32,000 nucleotides of DNA from Candidatus Iainarchaeum sp. (GCA_028710695.1 JAQTTP010000004.1:1-32000), one strand, 5' to 3'. Counted from the stretch's first letter, positions 9,071 through 18,879 are shown. Numbers and translations are program-made. Notes: generated by a model from the letters alone, not told the origin.

Positions 9071-9816
9071 TGTAACCTGGTAATCATCATTTGGGTAGGA
9101 TTTAATGCCTTAAAACTAAATCCATTTCTTTCTAAATATTTTTGTAAAGCCTCTACTCTTTTTTCGGTTATTTTATGCTGCTCTCCTGTGTGAATTAAAG
9201 CAATACCCCCAATACTTAAAGAATGTGTAATCTTTAGAATTGCAATTTCAGGGTGTTGACTATATACTACTCCGCCCATATAAGAAACAATAAAATCATA
9301 CTCGTGCTTTGGAAGCCAAGTATCGATTGTAACTTTATGTACTTTATCTACTGTCCCTCTACCAAGTTTATCTTTTAGCTGATTGGATACCCCCAGACTC
9401 ATTGCGTGTGTTTCTATTTTATCTCCAAATGTATCTCTTAACTCAGCCAGCACATTCCCATCTCCTGCGCCCACATCTAAAACTCTTGCGAATCCTTTCT
9501 TTGTAACTTGTTCTTTTACTAGGCCGGGTATATCTATATCTTTATATTTTTCTCCAGGTCTTCCAATTTCGTAAAAATCATAGCCAAGCAAGGCCTTTGG
9601 GCCTTTTAATCTTCGGTTTAGTACCCAAAAATAAGGGTTACGTTCTGCATCCCGCATCTTTCCATCTTGAATTATTTCTTTTGCTTTTTGTCTTGCTTCT
9701 TTATTTGTCCAAATTCTTTTTAATGCCTCATGTGCTTTTCTAATCCCCTCATTCAAGAAAGGGCTTCTTCTTTCTACTTTTGCAACAGGTCTTGGGGGTT
9801 TAGGCATCTTTATCAC
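9067..9816 (-). CDS. Class I SAM-dependent methyltransferase-like protein (dispersed paralog 2)
   Basis: RSPFLNEGIRKAHEALKRI N-terminal block; ARVLDVGAGDGNVLAELRDTFGDKIETHAMSLG; EYDFIVSYMGGVVYSQHPE. Confidence 0.78.
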   Translation of the reverse strand: MIKMPKPPRPVAKVERRSPFLNEGIRKAHEALKRIWTNKEARQKAKEIIQDGKMRDAERNPYFWVLNRRLKGPKALLGYDFYEIGRPGEKYKDIDIPGLVKEQVTKKGFARVLDVGAGDGNVLAELRDTFGDKIETHAMSLGVSNQLKDKLGRGTVDKVHKVTIDTWLPKHEYDFIVSYMGGVVYSQHPEIAILKITHSLSIGGIALIHTGEQHKITEKRVEALQKYLERNGFSFKALNPTQMMITRLH

Positions 9817-9845
9817 TAATAATATTATATTTTTATTTTTCTGTT

Positions 9846-10526
9846 TTATGGTTTATTATTGTTATTGAAATCATATCCATGGTCTAGAATTTCTTGCATT
9901 TCTTTACGAATTATTCTAATTAACATAAAAAACTTTCCTGCAGTTGGCTTGTATTTTTTAGATGCATATTTACGCATAAGTATTGCAAGATTTTCTAAAA
10001 TACCAATTGTAAAATGGGGGTTAAAAACTCGCCCGTCGGTAAGGGCTCTAAGTTCGTGTGCTAAAGATCCATAAGGATTTGATAAGTATTTTTTATAATA
10101 ATCTATTGCATTTCGTGCTTCAGTTAGGGACTTTTTTCCAGGTGGTAGCGTTGTTTTTCTTTCGCCTCTTAAAACTGCTAAGTCTAAAAAAGGACTTGAC
10201 TTTCCGTCACTATGAAGATATTGATCTATTTCAGTAAACAAACCATCCGCGTTTTTAATTGTTTGTTTTGTTTCTGGTGCATCCATTATCTGTTTTGCAT
10301 TAATTAAAATGAGTTGTCTTTTTGCAGTCCAGTCTCCTTTGCTTGCTTTGTCCTCTAATATTGCTCTGTTTTTTGCTCTTTCTTCATTTTCTTCTTCTGC
10401 CCATCTTTTTTTAATGCTCTCTCTTAACTTTTCTATGGATTCTACTTTTCGCCTTGCATTCCATTCTGATAATCTGACAAAAAGGTTTTTTTTGAGTTTT
10501 CTTGGTTCAATCATTTTTACCACCAA
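9846..10526 (-). CDS. Hypothetical charged alpha-helical protein
   Basis: 226-aa ORF, no recognised family; probable start MIEPRKLKKN. Confidence 0.55.
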   Translation of the reverse strand: MVVKMIEPRKLKKNLFVRLSEWNARRKVESIEKLRESIKKRWAEEENEERAKNRAILEDKASKGDWTAKRQLILINAKQIMDAPETKQTIKNADGLFTEIDQYLHSDGKSSPFLDLAVLRGERKTTLPPGKKSLTEARNAIDYYKKYLSNPYGSLAHELRALTDGRVFNPHFTIGILENLAILMRKYASKKYKPTAGKFFMLIRIIRKEMQEILDHGYDFNNNNKP

Positions 10527-11076
10527 TTCGTTTCATTTGCATCTTGTAGACCTCTTCAGTCATTAGAACATCGCCTAAGGAAGAATGTGCATCCTTTGGA
10601 TTCTGACCGCAGAAATGGGAATAACAACTACCTAAGCTTAGGCTTTGGATATCTGAAAGACCAGAATCTTTTAGAAATAAAGTATTATACATTGTGTCTT
10701 TTCTGTGACAATGGATTTTGTCTGTGAAAAGCAGGTTGTTTGTCCTTCTTTTGAACATCTCGTTTATGAAATTCACATCGAATTCTACATTATGGCCTAA
10801 AACATAAGGCCTTCGCTCAAAGTTGTCGTTTATGAAAGTCATTGTCTTCTTTATTGCTGTTACTTCGTCTATTCCCTCTTGCTCTAGGTATGCCATAGAT
10901 ATGCCAGTTATTTGCATTGCTTTTGGATCGTAAATAAGCTCTTTTTGGGGTTTTATAAAAAAAGTGTTATGAATATCTTTCCCAAAGACTTTAAGGGTGA
11001 TAGATGTGATTGCATTTTCTTTTGGGCTTAAACCAGAAGTCTCTACATCTATTACTAAAGTGTTCATATAGCTCAC
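10507..11076 (-). CDS. DEDDh 3'-5' exonuclease (DnaQ-like)
   Basis: TLVIDVETSGLSPKENAITSITLKVF (Exo I DxE), LGHNVEFDVNFINEMFKRR (Exo II), NPKDAHSSLGDVLMTEEVY (Exo III HxxxxD). Confidence 0.88.
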   Translation of the reverse strand: MSYMNTLVIDVETSGLSPKENAITSITLKVFGKDIHNTFFIKPQKELIYDPKAMQITGISMAYLEQEGIDEVTAIKKTMTFINDNFERRPYVLGHNVEFDVNFINEMFKRRTNNLLFTDKIHCHRKDTMYNTLFLKDSGLSDIQSLSLGSCYSHFCGQNPKDAHSSLGDVLMTEEVYKMQMKRIGGKND

Positions 11077-11636
11077 TGTTTCATTTGTTTAAAGATTAAT
11101 TCTTGGATTTCTTCTGGATTATTTATTGCTGCTAAATAACCTTCTGCGCCTTTTTTGTTCTTACTACTTATTTGGCCTGCTAAGGTTTGGATGTAAATAG
11201 AACCAACTTTGAAAATCTGCTCAAGGAAGTTTCTTGATATTGTTAAATCTGATATTTTTGCATAAGGAATTGAAATTACGTTATATCCCAAATAACCTTT
11301 TTTTATTACAAGCCTTTTATCTGTTACCCAATAATGCTCTTTGCGGTATTTTAGGACAGATGCAATTATTCCCCACGCAATTACTAATACATAGATTGCC
11401 CACAAAGTGAAATACATTGAGTTGGGGGTTTTTGAAGATAGCATATTTGGTAAAAATAATAAAAATAATAAAACTGCAAGCAAGACCATTTTTAAAATAT
11501 TCATGTAAATCATTTGCTTTTGTGGCCTAAACTCAGAAATTACTTTTTCTCCTTTTTGTAATAAAAAATCTATCTTAATTCCCCCTATAAAAACGGATAT
11601 AATAATCTGCACATTGATTCTTTTACTTTCATCCAC
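11073..11636 (-). CDS. PH-domain membrane protein (bPH2/YdbS-like)
   Basis: YWVTDKRLVIKKGYLGYNVISIPYAKISDLTISRNFLEQIFKVGSIYIQT after two TM segments; true start is probably internal to the annotated ORF because of overlap with the upstream gene. Confidence 0.8.
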   Translation of the reverse strand: MDESKRINVQIIISVFIGGIKIDFLLQKGEKVISEFRPQKQMIYMNILKMVLLAVLLFLLFLPNMLSSKTPNSMYFTLWAIYVLVIAWGIIASVLKYRKEHYWVTDKRLVIKKGYLGYNVISIPYAKISDLTISRNFLEQIFKVGSIYIQTLAGQISSKNKKGAEGYLAAINNPEEIQELIFKQMKQ

Positions 11637-13015
11637 AATGGCCTTTTTTTGAACTCTGTAAGAATAACTTCTTTACTGTTTTTAAAATCCTTTTCAAATA
11701 ATTCCTTCATCTGTTTTTCTTTTTCTAGATTGTTGAAGATCATTGCATTCATTTCAAAGTCGTTGAAGAATCCTCTTGGCTCAATGTTGCAGCTTCCAAT
11801 AGATATGATATTTCTTGTTAATAAAACCTTGCCATGGGTGAAACCATTGTAATAATATATTTTAATTCCCGCCTTTAGTAATTTGCTAAAATTTGTTCTT
11901 GCAGCAGACCAAACAAAGGGAGTATCCCCTGTTCTTGGAAGAATTACTCTTACGTCTATGCCTTTCATTGCTGCGGTTATCAAAGCAGTGAGTATTGCTT
12001 TATCCGGAGTAAAATATGGCACCATAATGTAGAGATAGTCTTTTGCAGAAGTTATAATGTTGAAATAGGCGAAATGAATGTTTGGTGTTTTATAGTCTGG
12101 ACCTGAAGCAACAACAGAAACTAAGTCATTTCCAATAGTTTTTTGTTGCGGAAAATACTCCTTGCCAGTGATTAATTGTTTTGTAAGTAAAAACCAAGTA
12201 GACAAGAAAATAGTTTGTATTGTGTATACTGCATTGCCTTCGACTTTTAGATGAATATCATGCCACTTACCCAATTCTGGGCGACCATGTATATATTCAT
12301 CCCCCACATTTATTCCACCAGTAAATCCAGTTGTTCCATCAATAACTATTATCTTTCTGTGGGTTCTATGGTTTATCTTGCTTTTTAATAGTGAAACATT
12401 CCATGGATACAACGCTTTGATTTCAATTCCTGCATTCTTTAGGTCATGTTTGTCTCTATTTGTTATTTGAGTTACTATGCCATCATAAACAATTCTGATT
12501 TTTATTCCTTCTTTTGCTTTGTCTATTAGGACTTGTTTGATTTCTTTTCCAATTTCTGATTCGAACTTTAATATGTGCATTTCAATGTGTATGTGATGTT
12601 TTGCTTTTTTTAATTCTTTTATTATTTCGTAAAAAGTATCTTTTCCATCAATTAGTATATTTGTTTTGTTATTTGTAGAGTATGGAAATCCGCCTTGAAG
12701 TGCAGTGTTTAATATTCCTGCAACTTGGTCATTTTTTTTATAGAACTCGTTTTTTAGAAGCTCTTGTTGTTCTAGAATTAATCTTTCTCTTTTCTGCCTA
12801 TATTTTTTTCTGAACATTTTTAATCTGATTTTTACAGTGCTATATCTCTTTCCGCCGTAGAAATAAAAAATAAGGCCAATAATTGGAAGGAAAATCACTA
12901 CGAGAAGCCAAAGAATTGTTGATGCAGGGTCTTTATTTTCTAAAAGAATAACAAGAATTATGATTGGAACATAGATCGCGAAGTAAGCAAGAATGATGAT
13001 ATTCCACAAATCCAT
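11585..13015 (-). CDS. cls: Phospholipase D / cardiolipin synthase family protein
   Basis: Two HKD motifs: HRTHRKIIVIDGTTGFTGGINVGDEY and THGKVLLTRNIISIGSCNIEPRGF; two N-terminal TM helices. Confidence 0.9.
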   Translation of the reverse strand: MDLWNIIILAYFAIYVPIIILVILLENKDPASTILWLLVVIFLPIIGLIFYFYGGKRYSTVKIRLKMFRKKYRQKRERLILEQQELLKNEFYKKNDQVAGILNTALQGGFPYSTNNKTNILIDGKDTFYEIIKELKKAKHHIHIEMHILKFESEIGKEIKQVLIDKAKEGIKIRIVYDGIVTQITNRDKHDLKNAGIEIKALYPWNVSLLKSKINHRTHRKIIVIDGTTGFTGGINVGDEYIHGRPELGKWHDIHLKVEGNAVYTIQTIFLSTWFLLTKQLITGKEYFPQQKTIGNDLVSVVASGPDYKTPNIHFAYFNIITSAKDYLYIMVPYFTPDKAILTALITAAMKGIDVRVILPRTGDTPFVWSAARTNFSKLLKAGIKIYYYNGFTHGKVLLTRNIISIGSCNIEPRGFFNDFEMNAMIFNNLEKEKQMKELFEKDFKNSKEVILTEFKKRPLWMKVKESMCRLLYPFL

Positions 13016-13068
13016 AATTATATAATAGTTATCAAAAATATATATATTATTGTATAGAGTGATAAGAA

Positions 13069-14523
13069 ATGGATCCTAATATTACAAAATTTATGTCTGC
13101 GCTTAATGGAAAAACCTCTTTGCATAACTTAGCATTGAGATCTGGATTGAAATATGACCAGGCAATGCGTATGATGTTTGAACTAGAAAAAGAAAAGTAT
13201 ATTGAAGTTTCAAAAGAAGTTTCTAAGCAGCATAGACTTGGAGAATTTGGTAGAATTTATTCTAAAGAACAATTCCCTGAAGAACTTATTGCTAATGCCC
13301 TAAAGAAAGAGATGCCTTTGGAGGAATTCAAGAAAGAACTTGGGCAGAAGAGCGGATTTGTCTTGGGCTATGGTAGGCAGAATGGATATCTATCCTTTGT
13401 CTTGGGTGGAGAGCAGAAGATAAAACTGATAAAAAAAATAGATTCTGAAAAGTACAAGAAATATAGGAATTTGCTCAGGAAATTAAAAGATGGGCAAGAC
13501 CTAGAAAAAGAAGAAGTAGAATTTTTGAAGACTTATCCTAAGTTAATTGATACTTTTGACAAGACAGAATACTACATAACAAAAAAGAAAGACTTTGCTC
13601 CTGGAAAAGAAGTAGAGTCCCCAAAAGAAATAACTGTTTTGAAGAAAGATCACTTGAAGCAAGACACAAGTAAGTTGAAGTTTAAGAAGTACGATGTTGT
13701 TTCAGATGTTCAACCATACTATGGTGGGAAGAAACAGCCTTACTTAGAATTTTTAGATTTAATAAAGCAAAAGCTAGTGGAATTAGGATTCCAAGAGATG
13801 GAAGCCCCTCTGATTACTCCTGAATTTTATAACTTTGATGTTTTATATCAACCACAAAATCATCCTGCAAGAACCTGGACTGATACTTATAATCTGGATA
13901 CAAAACATAAAGGTGAATTTGATGAAAAGATTGCAAAGCTTGTAAAAGAAGCTCACGAGAAAGGTGGAGTATCTGGATCAAAAGGCTGGGGTGGATCTTG
14001 GAGCATAGATGTTGCAAGAAAGCTTATGCCTGCTGCGCACGGAACAGCAGGATCTGCAAGAAAAATGGCCTCAGGGGCTAAAGAAGGAAAGTACTTTGCT
14101 TTAGCAAGGGTTTACAGGCCTGATGTTGTAGATGCAACACACTTGTGTGAGTTTAACCAGCTTGATGGTATGGTAATTGGTGACAAAAATTCTTTTAGGA
14201 CTCTTTTGGATTTATTGGCTACTTTTGCAAGAGATGTTGCGGGTGCGGAAGAAATGATGTTTTTACCAGATTATTATCCTTTTACTGAGCCATCTGTTCA
14301 GCTTTCAGCGAAACACCCTAAATTGGGTTGGGTTGAGTTTGGTGGAGCAGGGATTGCCAGGCCAGAAATTACAGAAACTTTGGGAATAAAAGGAAGAGTA
14401 CTTATCTGGGGTTTGGGAATAGACAGATTGGCAATGTTTAATTTGGGAATAAAAGACATAAGAGATTTGTTCTCAAGTAATTTGGATTTGTTGAGAAAGC
14501 AGAAAGTGAATACGAAAATATAG
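13069..14523 (+). CDS. pheS: Phenylalanyl-tRNA synthetase alpha subunit
   Basis: FQEMEAPLITPEFYNFDVLYQPQNHPARTWTDTY; GKYFALARVYRPDVVDATHLCEFNQLDGMVIG; EFGGAGIARPEITETLGIKGRVLIWGLGIDRLAM. Confidence 0.95.
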   Translation: MDPNITKFMSALNGKTSLHNLALRSGLKYDQAMRMMFELEKEKYIEVSKEVSKQHRLGEFGRIYSKEQFPEELIANALKKEMPLEEFKKELGQKSGFVLGYGRQNGYLSFVLGGEQKIKLIKKIDSEKYKKYRNLLRKLKDGQDLEKEEVEFLKTYPKLIDTFDKTEYYITKKKDFAPGKEVESPKEITVLKKDHLKQDTSKLKFKKYDVVSDVQPYYGGKKQPYLEFLDLIKQKLVELGFQEMEAPLITPEFYNFDVLYQPQNHPARTWTDTYNLDTKHKGEFDEKIAKLVKEAHEKGGVSGSKGWGGSWSIDVARKLMPAAHGTAGSARKMASGAKEGKYFALARVYRPDVVDATHLCEFNQLDGMVIGDKNSFRTLLDLLATFARDVAGAEEMMFLPDYYPFTEPSVQLSAKHPKLGWVEFGGAGIARPEITETLGIKGRVLIWGLGIDRLAMFNLGIKDIRDLFSSNLDLLRKQKVNTKI

Positions 14524-15216
14524 CTATCCAATCTTTGTAACAACAGCTACATTTTCAATATATTTTTCTACTTTTATTCTGAATCTTAAATCTTTAATAT
14601 TTCTTAGTTCGCCATGATAAGGATATATTATAAGTCGCCCACCCTTGCTTAGCGAGTGTGCAAGCATTTCGGCATATTGGAATTCTAATCCTTGCGTAAC
14701 ATAGTGTAGGCCGCCCCAATATGAAACTATTAAATCATATTCTCTGTCTGGGGTAAATCCTTCTAGGCTTCTTTGGATTATTCTGTCTATTGCCCCCTTT
14801 TCTAATTTGTGTTTTAGTTGAGGGGTTGTTGTTAAGCCCATTGCTGTTGTATGAACGCGGTTTCCAAAAAAATGTTTTAATAGTGCAAGATAGTTCCCAT
14901 CTCCTGCCCCTAAATCTAAGATATGAACTTTGTCCCTTGTTTCCAATAATTCTCTTATGTGCCTGTGTATATCTACTCCGTAGTCGGAAATCGAATAAGT
15001 TATTCTCCGTCGTGAATATGTTGCTGTTTCTCCGCCATTTTCATTTGCTTTTCTGTCTTTTTCTAAAGCTTTTCTGAGTTTATTACGTATTTCGTCTCTT
15101 GTCTCGGGATCTCTTAGTCTTTCTAAATATGTGCGGTGTAACCTTTCGACATGGGGGTTTAAGAATTGTGGTTTATCTGCCCTGTGCCCAACAATGGCTC
15201 TGATTAATTCGCGCAT
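14524..15216 (-). CDS. Class I SAM-dependent methyltransferase-like protein (dispersed paralog 3)
   Basis: QFLNPHVERLHRTYLERLRDPETRDEIRNKL N-terminal block; VHILDLGAGDGNYLALLKHFFGNRVHTTAMGL; EYDLIVSYWGGLHYVTQ. Confidence 0.78.
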   Translation of the reverse strand: MRELIRAIVGHRADKPQFLNPHVERLHRTYLERLRDPETRDEIRNKLRKALEKDRKANENGGETATYSRRRITYSISDYGVDIHRHIRELLETRDKVHILDLGAGDGNYLALLKHFFGNRVHTTAMGLTTTPQLKHKLEKGAIDRIIQRSLEGFTPDREYDLIVSYWGGLHYVTQGLEFQYAEMLAHSLSKGGRLIIYPYHGELRNIKDLRFRIKVEKYIENVAVVTKIG

Positions 15217-15314
15217 AAATAAAATTAGTCTTTAGATTATAAAAAGATATTGGGGGCAAGTAGGGGAAAGGACAGCTTTAGTTAGATGTGGGTATTAAAA
15301 AAAGAAAAAAGGAA

Positions 15315-15722
15315 TCATTTTCCTTTTATTCTTACTATTCTTGTTTGTGCATCTGCTTTAATATATTCAACTTCTGCACCAGATTGTAAGTCACTAGAGC
15401 TTATGTCAGATGGAACATTTGTTTCTATTGTTTCATAGCTTTGCAAGTCCATGATCTGGACAGATTCTCCTGAATTAGCAACTACTTGTGCGTTTCCGGT
15501 GTAAATCTTTGGTTTTTTTGCGTCGTCTCCGGTTCCACATAATAAGTTAAGTTTTTTATCTGTGAATAAAGCAACACCAACAATTCTTGCTTTTGCTGCA
15601 CCGTGTTTTCCAGGTTTGGATTTTTCGATAATAGTAATCTTACAAGGAATATCTTCAATTAGAATTATGTTTCCAATTTTTAAACTATTAATCTTTTCAT
15701 ATTCAAAATCCATAGCCATCAC
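15315..15722 (-). CDS. Translation initiation factor 5A (aIF5A)
   Basis: CKITIIEKSKPGKHGAAKARIVGVALFTDKK: hypusination loop SKPGKHGAAKAR. Confidence 0.95.
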   Translation of the reverse strand: MMAMDFEYEKINSLKIGNIILIEDIPCKITIIEKSKPGKHGAAKARIVGVALFTDKKLNLLCGTGDDAKKPKIYTGNAQVVANSGESVQIMDLQSYETIETNVPSDISSSDLQSGAEVEYIKADAQTRIVRIKGK

Positions 15723-15799
15723 ACCATAATTATTAGTTTGTTATATCTTATATAATTTAAAAACAAAAGGTATATATAGATTTATGATATGTTTTTAGT

Positions 15800-16684
15800 A
15801 TGGGTGCCTTAAACGTTTTACGAATAATTGGATTACTTTTGATTGGCTTTTTATTTCTTTTAGGCTTTGGTGTTTTCGGAATAAGCTATTATGCCGCAAA
15901 TAGTGCTTTTACTGACAATACTGCAAAAATGATAAGTGCGGACATTGTTTCTGTAATGCCTGCTCTGTTGGAAAGCCAAAGTGTTGGATTAGAAGGGTTA
16001 AACTTAGAAGTTAACGACCAACTTATGATTACTTTAAAACCAATGATCGAAAAAAATATGTCAGATATTTTCAGTTATATTCGTGGAGAATCTGACAAAA
16101 TTGGATTGGGTATTACTACTCAAGATGTAAAGGCCCTTGTAAAAAATGTAAAACTTCCTGAGGGTAGTAGTCAAGTTGAAATTTCTCAGATCCCAGATTC
16201 TATGTATAGCCAGATGACTGATGAAATGAATAAAGGCTTTGTTCAGTATGAGGCTGATTTAGTGCAAACTTTACAACCTGCGAGAGATGTTTACTCTTAT
16301 GCAAAACAGGCATTTTATATTTCACTAATTGTTTTGATTGTTTTAATGTTAATAACACTTTTGATAAACTTTAGCTTTTATAGAACTTTGTTTTGGCTTG
16401 CCTTGTATTTCCTGATAAATGCTGGTGTTTGGATATTGCTTACACTTGGGTTATATGGTGTATATTCCACTGCAATTTCACAGCTTTTTGTAGGTCAAGG
16501 AGAAGTATTAAGTGAGTTTTTCTCTAATTTAATATCCTGGATTTTGTTTAAATTCTTGATAATTTACATTATACTATTTGCAATTGGGGTTGTATTCTTG
16601 GTTGCATTTATAATTTGGAAAATAATGCGGAAGAAGAAAGATGTAACAATCAAAGCAGAGACGGTAGAAGCTAAGAAAAAGTAG
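15800..16684 (+). CDS. Hypothetical multi-pass membrane protein with extracytoplasmic domain
   Basis: N-terminal TM, about 140-aa soluble segment, then several C-terminal TM helices, ending in a basic tail. Confidence 0.65.
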   Translation: MGALNVLRIIGLLLIGFLFLLGFGVFGISYYAANSAFTDNTAKMISADIVSVMPALLESQSVGLEGLNLEVNDQLMITLKPMIEKNMSDIFSYIRGESDKIGLGITTQDVKALVKNVKLPEGSSQVEISQIPDSMYSQMTDEMNKGFVQYEADLVQTLQPARDVYSYAKQAFYISLIVLIVLMLITLLINFSFYRTLFWLALYFLINAGVWILLTLGLYGVYSTAISQLFVGQGEVLSEFFSNLISWILFKFLIIYIILFAIGVVFLVAFIIWKIMRKKKDVTIKAETVEAKKK

Positions 16685-16697
16685 GGGTTGAATTTAT

Positions 16698-17234
16698 ATG
16701 GGATTATATGATGAGGATTATATGCCTGAAAAGGATGAAGAAGAAGTAATAGAACCAAAAATAAAAAAGGGGAAAGGAAAGATACCTGGACCTAAAAAAT
16801 TTGATTTTAACTTTTCAGGAAATATGAGAACTTATTTGATAATTGTGCTTATTGCTTTGGTTGTTATTGTTGGATTTTATGCAATATACCTTTATGCTCA
16901 GCCAAGCTTTGCTGATGTTGAATTTAAGGATAACCCATTAGTTTTAAGTGAAGCAACAAGTACTAAACTTTACGTTACTATTGCAAATAGTGAAGAAGAA
17001 GCAATGAAAAATCTTGTTGTTACTGTAAAACCATATGATAACTTGTCTTTAGTGGTAATACCTTCAGAATCTCAAGAGATATATGTGCTTGGACCTGATG
17101 AGAAGAGAATATTAGAATACGATGTTTCCGTAGTTGGAACTGTACTGAATGGAGATTATTCTGTTGAGGTAAAAGTAAAGAATTCTAAGACTGAATATGT
17201 GACTTATGAGACCGTAACAATATCTCAAGAATAG
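16698..17234 (+). CDS. Single-pass membrane protein with Ig-like/CARDB-type extracytoplasmic domain
   Basis: MRTYLIIVLIALVVIVGFYAIYLY TM; beta-rich TKLYVTIANSEEEAMKNLVVTVKPYDNLSLVV...GDYSVEVKVKN. Confidence 0.65.
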   Translation: MGLYDEDYMPEKDEEEVIEPKIKKGKGKIPGPKKFDFNFSGNMRTYLIIVLIALVVIVGFYAIYLYAQPSFADVEFKDNPLVLSEATSTKLYVTIANSEEEAMKNLVVTVKPYDNLSLVVIPSESQEIYVLGPDEKRILEYDVSVVGTVLNGDYSVEVKVKNSKTEYVTYETVTISQE

Positions 17235-17257
17235 TTTGAGATTAATTAGGTGTATTT

Positions 17258-17689
17258 ATGGATTTGGAAGAGAAAGAACAGAGGTATAGGTTTTTGTATT
17301 CGAAAGTTGACAATGAACTTAACAAGATAAAAGGCCTTAAAGACAAAATGGAAGAAAAGAAAACAGATGTCTATAAACTTGCTGGAAATAAGCAAGTTGA
17401 TTTTTCTCTTCATTTTGGAGATAACTCTGAAGATCTTTACTCTGGAGTAAATAGTTATATTGGCGATCTTGAGAACCTGAAACATTATTTATCTTTAGAA
17501 CTTGAAAAGATTGTTAAGCAGATAGATCTTAAGAACTCTTTAGTAAAGAAATACGGGAAGTCAATAACTGTATCTGGGGATGAAACTCCAGTTGTAACTT
17601 TTAATGATGATGAAGTTTCTGAGATAGAAAGTAAGTATACAGTTAGTAAAAAGTTAATTGACGACTTGAAGAGTAAAATGAAAGAATAG
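17258..17689 (+). CDS. Hypothetical coiled-coil protein
   Basis: 143-aa heptad-rich ORF co-directional with the two preceding membrane proteins. Confidence 0.6.
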   Translation: MDLEEKEQRYRFLYSKVDNELNKIKGLKDKMEEKKTDVYKLAGNKQVDFSLHFGDNSEDLYSGVNSYIGDLENLKHYLSLELEKIVKQIDLKNSLVKKYGKSITVSGDETPVVTFNDDEVSEIESKYTVSKKLIDDLKSKMKE

Positions 17690-17717
17690 ATCCTCTTAAA
17701 GCTAAGTTTTTATTTGC

Positions 17718-18605
17718 TTACTTATATTCTACAAGCTTTTTGTGCATTTCAAGTATATTATCAACAGATTTTTTTAACTCTGTAACAGATTCTACAAAAA
17801 GTGATTTTTCAATATCATTTGGGTTTATATCTGCAATTCCTAAGATCTTGCCTTGTTTTACTTCAAAAGGCAAAGATATTGAAATGTCTTTTGCTCCAAA
17901 TGCCTCTTTTATATAGTGTGAAACATGAACAACTTCTTTTTTGTCAGAAACTAACTTTTCGAAAAACTCTCTAAAACTTATTCCGGCAACTTTGTGTGGG
18001 ATACCATTTTCACGAATGAAATCAAGTAATTCGTCATCTATTTGTTTTTGTATGACTAAGTATTCGGCTTTAGTCTTTAAATTAAGTAATGGTATCGCTT
18101 TTCCGTGGGAACCAATACAAAATACTTTGTGTTTTAATTTTTTTTCAAATCTTTTCGCATCAAGTTCTAATCCAAAACCAAGAATACAATGCTTTCCCAA
18201 CATTATTCGCAGATAATTAGTTATTTCGTCAACTGGGTTTGTTACTAGTATTATTGGAGTTTTTTCAGGGATTTTTTTAAGATCTGCTATTAATTGTGTT
18301 ATTGCCCCAATATTAAATTTCAATTCATCTTGTCTTACTTCATAGGTAGAACGACTATTTTGCATACTTTCTTTTCTTGCACTGTCACTCATTCCAGAAA
18401 GAGTAATAATGACATAATCTACATCGTCTAAATGTTTAATGTTGTTTACTGGCTTTATTTTTTTGTTGTCAAAATCATAAGCCAAAGATTCAGAACTTTT
18501 TGTGGTTCTACTATAAATGAAAATATTCTGGACAGGTTTGAAATCTAATAAGTTTCCCACTATGGTTCGGCCAGTTCGGCCACAACCAATGAGTAAAATA
18601 TTCAT
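17718..18605 (-). CDS. Lactate/malate dehydrogenase family protein
   Basis: MNILLIGCGRTGRTIVGNLL Rossmann motif, ILVTNPVDEITNYLR, GFGLELDAKRFEKKL, CIGSHGKAIPLL. Start placed at 18605 rather than 18683. Confidence 0.85.
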   Translation of the reverse strand: MNILLIGCGRTGRTIVGNLLDFKPVQNIFIYSRTTKSSESLAYDFDNKKIKPVNNIKHLDDVDYVIITLSGMSDSARKESMQNSRSTYEVRQDELKFNIGAITQLIADLKKIPEKTPIILVTNPVDEITNYLRIMLGKHCILGFGLELDAKRFEKKLKHKVFCIGSHGKAIPLLNLKTKAEYLVIQKQIDDELLDFIRENGIPHKVAGISFREFFEKLVSDKKEVVHVSHYIKEAFGAKDISISLPFEVKQGKILGIADINPNDIEKSLFVESVTELKKSVDNILEMHKKLVEYK

Positions 18606-18804
18606 AATTGAATTTATATTACCCCTTAGTTTATTAATATATTCTTTTTTTTTAAAACTGACTAAAGTATAGTTCCGCACCACCTTGTGTCAAAAAAGCA
18701 TTTTGCTTTTTGCAAAATGTTTCAGGACCTGAAGCGGTTTGTTTACAAACCGGCTTCTTGTAGTGCACTTTTGGCGAACTTAGCCTTTTTGTAAAAGGCT
18801 AGAA

Positions 18805-18878
18805 TGGGAATGCCCGGATTTGAACCGGGGACCTTCCGATTATCAGTCGGATGCTCCACCAGGCTAAGCTACACTCCC
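18805..18878 (-). tRNA. tRNA-Ile(GAT)
   Basis: Reverse complement GGGAGTG-TA-GCTTAGCCTGGTGGAGC-A-TCCGA CTGATAA TCGGA-AGGTC-CCCGG TTCAAAT CCGGG-CATTCCC-A; full cloverleaf, anticodon GAT, no encoded CCA. Confidence 0.96.
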
Positions 18879-18879
18879 T

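Noticed and set aside
9067-11636. Small gene overlaps as frameshifts or pseudogenes (9067-9070, 11585-11636, 10507-10526)
   Set aside because: The proteins have intact motifs; overlaps are explained by convergent stops or by alternative downstream start codons.
13814-15077. ORFs 13814-14017 (-), 14298-14543 (-) and 14790-15077 (+)
   Set aside because: Shadow frames of pheS and of the methyltransferase ORF, which have clear family motifs.
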